The position numbers and the translations under genes were made by a program. Positions 8,698 to 14,926 of a DNA stretch of 52,751 bases are shown piece by piece. Source of the stretch: a virus (lineage: Duplodnaviria > Caudoviricetes); IMG/VR virus record IMGVR_UViG_3300032579_000020, positions 1 to 52,751 of that record; one strand, written 5' to 3'. Under the pieces are notes generated by a model that saw nothing but the letters and a program-made list of their open reading frames with translations, did not search any database and was not told where the DNA came from. The number at the start of each line of letters is the position of its first letter. Within the stretch, counting starts at the first letter, position 1.

Positions 8698-8764
8698 GCC
8701 GCCGTGATGTCTGGAAGCTGGAGAACATTAACTCCACGCCAGCCGTTACGGCGGCTTTTTATTT
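8698..8764 (+). terminator. Long hairpin followed by a U-tract
   Basis: GCCGCCGTGA...TTACGGCGGC then TTTTTATTT. Confidence 0.5.
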
Positions 8765-8788
8765 GGTGAAGCGAGCGTAGGTTTAGCC

Positions 8789-9523
8789 ATGAAAAATAAA
8801 ATTGCATATCATTTCGTAGGTGATAAACTCAGAGACGGACGGCCGGTTCCAAAGGACGGTGAATGGCTGGAACACTTTGGGCGTATTGAAATATGTACGT
8901 CTGGTCTTCACGCATCATTCGACGCTTTCGATGCGCTTCAATACGCGCCGGGTAATACTCTTTGCATTGTCGAGGTTGATTGTATCTGCGACACGAGCGC
9001 GGATAAGTTTGTGTGCCGCAAACGCAAGATTGTAAAGCGAGTAAATTCCGAAGAACTACTCAGGAAGTTCGCAATGGACCGCGCCCTTTCTGTGATTGAT
9101 AAGTGGGATGCGCCACCTATTGTCGTGGAGTATTTAAAGACAGGAAATGAGTCGCTGCGGGCCGCAGCTTGGGCCGCAGCTAGGGGCGCAGCTAGGGACG
9201 CAGCTAGGGCCGCAGCTTGGGCCGCAGCTAGGGGCGCAGCTAGGGACGCAGCTTGGTCCGCAGCTTGGGACGCAGCTAGGGCCGCAGCTTGGGCCGCAGC
9301 TTGGTCCGCAGCTTGGGACGCAGCTAGGGCCGCAGCTTGGGCCGCAGCTAGGGACGCAGCTTGGGCCGCAGCTAGGGGCGCAGCTAGGGACGCAGCTAGG
9401 GCCGCAGCTTGGGCCGCAGCTAGGGACGCAGATAGGGCCGCAGCTTGGTCCGCAGCTTGGGACGCAGCTAGAAAAGTATTTAACGAGATGGTTAAAAAGG
9501 CGTTCGATAAAATATCTTATTGA
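8789..9523 (+). CDS. Phage protein with Ala/Trp-rich tetrapeptide repeats
   Basis: N-terminal C..GLHAS....DAL.YA.G...C.VE domain, then AAW/AAR-x repeats. Confidence 0.8.
   Translation: MKNKIAYHFVGDKLRDGRPVPKDGEWLEHFGRIEICTSGLHASFDAFDALQYAPGNTLCIVEVDCICDTSADKFVCRKRKIVKRVNSEELLRKFAMDRALSVIDKWDAPPIVVEYLKTGNESLRAAAWAAARGAARDAARAAAWAAARGAARDAAWSAAWDAARAAAWAAAWSAAWDAARAAAWAAARDAAWAAARGAARDAARAAAWAAARDADRAAAWSAAWDAARKVFNEMVKKAFDKISY
9157..9470 (+). repeat. Coding tandem repeat, 12-bp unit (about 26 copies)
   Basis: Units such as GGGCCGCAGCTT, GGGACGCAGCTA and GGTCCGCAGCTT. Confidence 0.95.
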
Positions 9524-9526
9524 TTT

Positions 9527-9640
9527 GGCGACGTATCCAATGTTCAGCGCAAGACAACGCGTACTTGCAATGGTCTGCGGATATGCACGGAGTAGCGTTG
9601 TGCACAACGTGTGTAGGTTCGAATCCTGCCGTCGCCCTCA
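9527..9640 (+). ncRNA. tRNA-like element with the anticodon loop replaced by a 34-nt extended hairpin
   Basis: Acceptor GGCGACG/CGTCGCC; T-arm GTAGG-TTCGAAT-CCTGC; anticodon stem CAACGC/GCGTTG; short variable hairpin; ends CTCA. Confidence 0.65.
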
Positions 9641-9796
9641 ACTTGGTGATAACGTGGCCGAAGTAAAGGCAAGGGCGGAAGCCCTGTATGCAGCCTACCA
9701 TGGAAAAGCGTATTACGACTGCATTGCACACCTTACCGTGTAGCCGTTATCACCACCCTTTTGCAGTCCAACAACAAACCCCAAGGGATGAAGAAA

Positions 9797-10015
9797 ATGA
9801 GTGCTCGTCGTCATGTTCTCTGCCGTAAGTGCGTGAATCCGTTCTCCACGCACAGCTCCAAGCGCCGTGAATGCTACAAGTGCGTTCCTGAGGCTGGTAT
9901 GCCGGTTCCGTATCTTCCGAAGGCGAAAGCACAGGCTTTCAGCGTCTCGGAAGCCTCGCACATCGTCGTCTCGAACCTGGCGGATAGCCGCCTTGTGAAG
10001 GCGGTGTTCTCGTGA
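9797..10015 (+). CDS. Small Zn-finger protein
   Basis: CRKC...CYKC. Confidence 0.65.
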   Translation: MSARRHVLCRKCVNPFSTHSSKRRECYKCVPEAGMPVPYLPKAKAQAFSVSEASHIVVSNLADSRLVKAVFS

Positions 10016-10332
10016 AGCAATATTGCAGCGCGTGCCACAACATCACCGTCCACAACCAGCGCAAGAAGAAGGATTTGCTGGTGTGCACGAAGTGCGGAGA
10101 AGGTGCCGGTGCCCGCAAGAAAGCGCTGCAAGGCTTCTACAAGCGTATGTTCGGGCCGCATCTCCGCGTGTCCATCAAGATGATCGAGAAGGACGGCACT
10201 AAGCGGCAGACGTTCTTCATCCGCAACGGAAGCAGCGTCATCGTGACGTACAACGCTGGCAAGGACTGGATGCGTGCTTCGCATTCGTTTGATACGGTGG
10301 CCGCTGCCGCTGACTTCTGCAATCGCGGCTAA
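10012..10332 (+). CDS. Zn-ribbon hypothetical protein
   Basis: CSAC...H...CTKC; GTGA overlap. Confidence 0.7.
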   Translation: MKQYCSACHNITVHNQRKKKDLLVCTKCGEGAGARKKALQGFYKRMFGPHLRVSIKMIEKDGTKRQTFFIRNGSSVIVTYNAGKDWMRASHSFDTVAAAADFCNRG

Positions 10333-10489
10333 TCTGCGTCAAGGGGTTCGGAGTTCGTTCGGGAGTGTATGGTGCTTGCACGTTGCAACATATTAAAAGG
10401 AACGTAGCTGACTGGCGGGAAAGACCGCCTCCATTTGCAATGGCAAAACAACCGTGGGCCAGCGAAGGAGAGTGACTGCTGGCATCTTG

Positions 10490-10551
10490 CCGCGCACTTG
10501 TTTATCAAGTGGCTGATGAGGCGAAAGCCGAAATGCTAAAGCATACCGTGG
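10490..10551 (+). ncRNA. Hammerhead ribozyme (type I topology)
   Basis: CTGATGA (10513-19), stem II GGC-GAAA-GCC, GAAA (10530-33), stem III TGC-TAAA-GCA, then TA; predicted cleavage after A10545; intergenic. Confidence 0.8.
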
Positions 10552-10897
10552 AGTCGCCCAAGCGCGGGAATAACTGGCGACCTTCACTCTCTGACACGCC
10601 GGAAAGACGGCGACTATTTTGGCCTATACATTACGGGTAAGCAGAAGTACCCGCATCTAAGCTCCTTTATCGGAGTTTACGGCGGTAGGTAAGCTCTAGC
10701 GTGTATGGGAAGTGAGTGATTGTCTCTGTGTACTAAGTGCCGACACATGCAGTCGTCTGCGGATGATGAGATGTGAACGCCTTAAAACGCAGTCAGTCAC
10801 AAACGTAATCAGCTCTGCGTATTCGCAGATGCGTAGTACTGGACAGTCTGCGCCTCCTGTATAAAGAGGCGCTTGTTTTGTTTGCACAGGAGAAACT

Positions 10898-11167
10898 ATG
10901 GATAAAGACTCACTCGCTCCAATTCTAGGCGCGATGCTTGTGTTCGCCGCCATTGGAGCGTCTATCGTAGCTGGTCAGCGCGACGAGTTGAAAAAGGAAT
11001 GTGATGCTTGGAGGGATAAATATAACCAAGCCGCTCAAACCAACGCGAGCATCCAGCGCGTCCTTCGCTTCTCTGCGCTGCAATGCCCTGAGTTTGCAGA
11101 GTTCATGGTTCGGTGCAACATGAACCAAGACAAAACAAAGCTGGCAATTATAAGGAGTCGGAAATGA
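10898..11167 (+). CDS. Hypothetical protein with N-terminal TM segment and coiled coil
   Basis: ACAGGAG RBS; LAPILGAMLVFAAIGASIVAG. Confidence 0.7.
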   Translation: MDKDSLAPILGAMLVFAAIGASIVAGQRDELKKECDAWRDKYNQAAQTNASIQRVLRFSALQCPEFAEFMVRCNMNQDKTKLAIIRSRK

Positions 11168-11391
11168 AAGACTTCTCCTGCCGCAAGAAGCGCGAAAACT
11201 TCGACGGACGCCACCTAGGAGCTAAGGCGGCAGTCTTCCACAACGCCTGCGTGCGCTTCTGGAAGAAACGCGGGATGGAGATGCCACCTGTTCCTCAGAC
11301 TCCAGACTTAGTTGCAGACCTGTTCACTTGGGCTGCTCATATGGAGGCGGGCGACAGGAACAACGGCTTCCAAGACGCGGTGATGCTGTGA
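11164..11391 (+). CDS. Hypothetical protein
   Basis: AGGAG RBS; ATGA overlap. Confidence 0.6.
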   Translation: MKDFSCRKKRENFDGRHLGAKAAVFHNACVRFWKKRGMEMPPVPQTPDLVADLFTWAAHMEAGDRNNGFQDAVML

Positions 11392-11603
11392 AACACTTGA
11401 TTAAGTATCAAGCGACACAAGTCCGCTGCTCTTGCCACATCGGCGGGACAACCGAGAAGACGCGCTTCACGCTTACCGTCTGCGGAGAGCTTATCTGCCC
11501 GCAACACGAAGGCGAGAAGCTGGCAGATAAAGGGAAGCTTAACGCCGATTGTCCTGAGTGTCTGAAACTGGCGAAGGAGCATTCATGCTGCAAGAAACAT
11601 TGA
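11388..11603 (+). CDS. Cys-rich hypothetical protein
   Basis: GTGA overlap; H...TVCG...CPEC. Confidence 0.55.
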   Translation: MKHLIKYQATQVRCSCHIGGTTEKTRFTLTVCGELICPQHEGEKLADKGKLNADCPECLKLAKEHSCCKKH

Positions 11604-11691
11604 GGTTGCTGTTCTGCGGATTTATTTGCGGACTCGGCGGGCTTGCAGCGTGCGCTTTCGCGTATTGGCTGGTATATGGAAGGATTAAGAA

Positions 11692-11868
11692 ATGAAGAAG
11701 TCGTGCTACAACTGCAAAAACCAGGAGTGTGCGTTTATCGGAAGGGGGCCGCTTCGGTGTAAGGATTGGAAAAACCCAAAGTGCAAGGGCTGCTCAGGCG
11801 GCGAAGGCAACTTCTGCCCTGACTGCCTGAGCAAGTCGAGCGTTAAGGCGGTTTCGACGCTCAAATGA
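11692..11868 (+). CDS. Cys-rich small protein (58 aa)
   Basis: Read manually as MKKSCYNCKNQECAFIG...CKGC...CPDC; coupled on both sides. Confidence 0.55.
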   Translation: MKKSCYNCKNQECAFIGRGPLRCKDWKNPKCKGCSGGEGNFCPDCLSKSSVKAVSTLK

Positions 11869-12173
11869 TGAAGCAACTGCTAGTCCGCGAAGCGCTCAAA
11901 AGCCCATGCCGCTACCGTGTCGCCGCGATTGGATTAAACCGTCGCGGCGTTGTCGTCTGTCAGGCCCACAACATGCCGAGGATGAACTATCCCGGCGGTG
12001 GGCTTCATGCAGAGATAAACCTGCTACGCAAGAACTGCAACATCTCTTCGATTCTCCTTGCTCGTGTATCGAAGACCGGGCTTCTGTGTCCAATCGAGCC
12101 GTGTAAAGCTTGCTCTAAGCTTCTTCACAAGCTTGGCATTAATGTGTACAAGCTACAACAATTTCGCCGCTAA
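11865..12173 (+). CDS. Cytidine/dCMP deaminase-fold protein
   Basis: Zn motifs HAE (GLHAEINLL) and PCxxC (EPCKAC). Confidence 0.8.
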   Translation: MMKQLLVREALKSPCRYRVAAIGLNRRGVVVCQAHNMPRMNYPGGGLHAEINLLRKNCNISSILLARVSKTGLLCPIEPCKACSKLLHKLGINVYKLQQFRR

Positions 12174-12262
12174 ATTAAATGGAGTCCCGCGTTCCCTTGG
12201 GTACGGACAAAACCTAATCCCACAAAACGCGGCGGCCTTTGAAACAGCCGTACTAACACTCC

Positions 12263-12333
12263 GGCCATGTGACAAAGTAGTGGCAGTGGGCAACGGAATT
12301 ATCCTGTTGGTTCGACTCCAACCTCGGCCGCCA
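12263..12333 (+). pseudogene. Degenerate tRNA or tRNA-like element
   Basis: Perfect T-arm GTTGG-TTCGACT-CCAAC; acceptor GGCCATG/CTCGGCC with 2 mismatches; G-CCA end; no canonical 7-nt anticodon loop. Confidence 0.55.
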
Positions 12334-12432
12334 ATGTTTACAGAGTCATTGCTTAAAATCTGACGACACTGCGGAAAGAACGCGGCGTTTCTCCGTTCGT
12401 ATAAACGGAGACCATTTTACAGGAGAAAACAA

Positions 12433-12591
12433 ATGATTCTAATGTTTCGCATTATTTTATGCGTAGTGGCTTCTATTATCGCAGTTGTCGCCTTCGTCTT
12501 AATAGGAGTGCTAACGGGAGAGTGTGCGAGAATTGATAAGAAGTTTGGCGGAAAAGATGGCGTGCTCGGTGCTATTTGGTACTGGATTTAA
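12433..12591 (+). CDS. Small membrane protein (52 aa)
   Basis: ACAGGAG RBS; MILMFRIILCVVASIIAVVAFVLIGVLTG... Confidence 0.6.
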   Translation: MILMFRIILCVVASIIAVVAFVLIGVLTGECARIDKKFGGKDGVLGAIWYWI

Positions 12592-12668
12592 CTGTAGAAC
12601 ACAATGACAATACTCGAATGGATGGGCGTCGCTGCAATGGCGGCGCTTCTTCGTTGGTCGGTGAAGCA

Positions 12669-13001
12669 ATGAAGCGCATCGCCTGCTACGGCTCCCTCAA
12701 GAAAGGCTTCTGGAACCACTCGCGCTTTGGTAATATGACATTCGTCAGGAACTACACAATCAATGGCGTGCAGTTGTATCTTAGCTATGCTCCGTATCCG
12801 TTTGCCATTCAGAACGGCGGCTCCGTTGATGTGGAAATCTATGACGTTGACGAGAAGCTGTACGATATGCTGGACATGATGGAAACCGGAGCTGGCTATC
12901 ACGCAGTCACCATCGGAGACGCCGTGATTTGGGTGTACGACAATCCGCCAACCGGCTCAAAGAAGTTTGAGGGAACAAACTGGAAAGGAGAGCATCTGTG
13001 A
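12669..13001 (+). CDS. Gamma-glutamylcyclotransferase (AIG2-like)
   Basis: IACYGSLKKGFWNH...YP......VEIYDV......LD.ME...Y. Confidence 0.85.
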   Translation: MKRIACYGSLKKGFWNHSRFGNMTFVRNYTINGVQLYLSYAPYPFAIQNGGSVDVEIYDVDEKLYDMLDMMETGAGYHAVTIGDAVIWVYDNPPTGSKKFEGTNWKGEHL

Positions 13002-13393
13002 GACTGACAAAGAAACGACTGCACCACGCGAACGACATTGTTGATTGCTGGTCTTCATACAATTATGCGCCAAGCCTTCCGTTCATATGCGCGTATGTAC
13101 AGTACGCATCCGGTGTAGAGCCGACCAACAAAGCTGCGAAGGAAATCGCGCAGAGGGTCGAGCGATATATGTGGGAGTCGAAGCAGTTTTGTGTTGAGTA
13201 TTGCAACCTCACCAAGATGAATGTGTTTTCGCTTTATGGCAGGCGTGATTGCGACCCTGTGTTCGACACGGTATCGTCGTACCCATGGACTGGCGTATCC
13301 AAGAACCGCGGTAAGTGGGGTCCACTAAGTAAAGACGACCTAGAATGCTTCAAGTACTGCCTTTTGGAGAACCGTGACAAGATTCGACGCTGA
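12998..13393 (+). CDS. Hypothetical protein (YPWTGVSKN family, copy 1)
   Basis: GTGA overlap; shares YPWTGVSKN...WGPL...L..F with 15981..16478. Confidence 0.7.
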   Translation: MRLTKKRLHHANDIVDCWSSYNYAPSLPFICAYVQYASGVEPTNKAAKEIAQRVERYMWESKQFCVEYCNLTKMNVFSLYGRRDCDPVFDTVSSYPWTGVSKNRGKWGPLSKDDLECFKYCLLENRDKIRR

Positions 13394-13420
13394 CGAGCCT
13401 TGGTATCTACCGGCTCTTTC

Positions 13421-13457
13421 GACCATAGTCTTACTGGCTATGGTCTTTTTTGTTTTC
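13421..13457 (+). terminator. Intrinsic terminator
   Basis: GACCATAGTC-TTACT-GGCTATGGTC then TTTTTTGTTTT. Confidence 0.75.
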
Positions 13458-13472
13458 TGGAAGTGAAGAATT

Positions 13473-13504
13473 GTACCTATAGCTCAACTGGACCGAGCGC
13501 GGTT
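13473..13504 (+). pseudogene. 5' half of an interrupted tRNA (Arg-type)
   Basis: GTACCTA-TA-GCTC-AACTGGACC-GAGC-G-CGGTT gives acceptor 5' strand, full D-arm with GGA (A20) and the anticodon-stem 5' strand; ends at the HNH stop codon. Confidence 0.75.
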
Positions 13505-13982
13505 ATCGCGGCAGATTGTCAAACTCCCAATGACAGTTTGGGCAAAGCTGTATTATGTTTTGCGGTGAGTTCACCTCTGAAAGAATTGCAGTGTCAGGGA
13601 ATGAGTTAAGCGGCTTTATATGGCACAGCTCCACGTGCTTATCATATCCACACTTAGCGCAGGGTAGAAGCTTTAGGTCTTTGTTCCATTGTCTAGACAT
13701 CTGCCTAACCTGAGCGTGAACCCACGAACCATGACGCCCAGATAGGTGTAGCGCCGTCCTGTATTGCCCTATAGTCCTGTTCTTTATCTTCCTGTCTAGG
13801 TATTCACGTTGGCACTTGTCACACCTGCTGTGTTTAAACGAGCTTCTCTGACTTCCGCACACAGAGCAAGGGCGAACAAGCTTTCTCTTCGGGAAAAGAA
13901 CATTGTTATATTTAGCGGAGCACGATCTGCAACAAAACGATGGATTGCGCGTCTCTAAACCACAGCACTTACACTTATTCAT
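13503..13982 (-). CDS. HNH endonuclease (putative homing endonuclease), antisense within the rightward arm
   Basis: N-terminal CxxC...FCCRSC Zn motif; CAKCG.....ELCHIKP...N...N...LCPNCHWEFD; GGAG RBS. Confidence 0.9.
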   Translation of the reverse strand: MNKCKCCGLETRNPSFCCRSCSAKYNNVLFPKRKLVRPCSVCGSQRSSFKHSRCDKCQREYLDRKIKNRTIGQYRTALHLSGRHGSWVHAQVRQMSRQWNKDLKLLPCAKCGYDKHVELCHIKPLNSFPDTAILSEVNSPQNIIQLCPNCHWEFDNLPR

Positions 13983-13992
13983 AGATACTCCC

Positions 13993-14069
13993 GCGTCTGT
14001 ACCAGTCCGTTCTCCTAAAGCGGAAACTGTAACCGGATTATGCAGGTTCGATTCCTGTCAGACGCGCCA
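13993..14069 (+). tRNA. Non-canonical tRNA-Arg(CCU) with rearranged D-arm
   Basis: Acceptor GCGTCTG/CAGACGC; G-CCA end; T-arm GCAGG-TTCGATT-CCTGT; anticodon arm CCGTT-CTCCTAA-AGCGG; D-loop-like TAACCGGAT lies 3' of the anticodon arm. Confidence 0.75.
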
Positions 14070-14071
14070 TT

Positions 14072-14100
14072 ATAATAGCATTCTATGTTAATTCGGTCAA
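14072..14100 (-). promoter_or_regulatory. Sigma70-type promoter driving the HNH gene
   Basis: TTGACC-17 nt-TATTAT with extended -10 TGn. Confidence 0.7.
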
Positions 14101-14111
14101 CAACAATGCGT

Positions 14112-14148
14112 ATTCGAGTCGCAAGTTCAATTCTTGCCGGGTACGCCA
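14112..14148 (+). pseudogene. 3' half of the interrupted tRNA
   Basis: ATTCG-AGTC-GCAAG-TTCAATT-CTTGC-CGGGTAC-G-CCA; the acceptor strand pairs with GTACCTA at 13473 (6 of 7 pairs). Confidence 0.75.
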
Positions 14149-14228
14149 ACTAGTAGAACTATGATTCCATTCATCGTCATCATGCTGGTCATCTACTTCG
14201 TTCTTGTTTGTGAACACGGAGACAATGT

Positions 14229-14501
14229 ATGAAGGCAAAGAAGAACAAACGCTGGACAATCAAGCACCAAGAAGACGACTCGTTCAAGCTGTCTCCGCAT
14301 AAGTCGCTGCCGTATCGAGACGGCAAGACACTTGACTGCATCGTAATCAAGAAGGAAGACTCTCTTCGCCATGCAATCATGGAGAAGATTTACAACGAGC
14401 GTGCTGCGGAACACAAGATTCCGGTATTCTTCGAGACGTTCAGGTTTCAGCGCGGGAGCGTTGAGTACGATCTTTGCGTCGCGTGTTGGGAGATTTTATG
14501 A
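14229..14501 (+). CDS. Hypothetical protein
   Basis: GGAG RBS; coupled to the YopX-like gene. Confidence 0.65.
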   Translation: MKAKKNKRWTIKHQEDDSFKLSPHKSLPYRDGKTLDCIVIKKEDSLRHAIMEKIYNERAAEHKIPVFFETFRFQRGSVEYDLCVACWEIL

Positions 14502-14926
14502 ATACACCGAACAGATTCAGATTTAGGGCGTTTGACACTAAGAACAAGCGCATGGTCGAGATTAAAGAAGCAAAAAGCAATACCTCTCTTATTGCTATGT
14601 GTTCTTTCGGCAATCAGGTTGGGTTCATAAACGCAGACGGCTCAACGTTTTGGAGTCCATTCTGCGTGATGATGCAAAGCACCGGCCTATCCGACAAGAA
14701 CGGCAAGGAAATATTCGAGGGTGACATCGTTAGTGTTGACGGGTTTGAGCCAAATCGAATGCTGGTAGAGTGGGTTGAGAGCGCGTGGTGTATGACTCAC
14801 CCGTCACTAAACATGCCGATTGAGTTTACGTTCTTAGAGGACAGCACTGGCAAGCAGTCTGTGGTTGTCGGGAATATCCACGAAAATTATGAGCTTTTGA
14901 AAGGAACAAATGCGAGTATACATTGA
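14498..14926 (+). CDS. YopX family protein
   Basis: FRFRAFD, MQSTGLSDKNGKEIFEGDIV, VVGNIHEN. Confidence 0.9.
   Translation: MNTPNRFRFRAFDTKNKRMVEIKEAKSNTSLIAMCSFGNQVGFINADGSTFWSPFCVMMQSTGLSDKNGKEIFEGDIVSVDGFEPNRMLVEWVESAWCMTHPSLNMPIEFTFLEDSTGKQSVVVGNIHENYELLKGTNASIH

Noticed and set aside
9157-9470. CRISPR array or DGR template/variable repeat
   Set aside because: The units are contiguous with no spacers, and the genome has no cas or reverse transcriptase gene.
9134-9743. ORFs 9134..9607 (CGPS repeats) and 9147..9743 (LGPQ repeats)
   Set aside because: They are shadow frames of the 12-bp repeat. Only the 8789..9523 frame has a globular N-terminal domain and a sensible start.
12165-12262. 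HDV-like (theta) ribozyme next to the tRNA-like element
   Set aside because: P1, P2 and CUAA-like pieces can be drawn, but the P3/L3 interval is about 43 nt and P1.1 is missing.
13505-14111. Self-splicing group I intron in the tRNA anticodon loop
   Set aside because: The insert is fully occupied by the antisense HNH ORF, a tRNA and a promoter, leaving no room or motifs for a ribozyme core.
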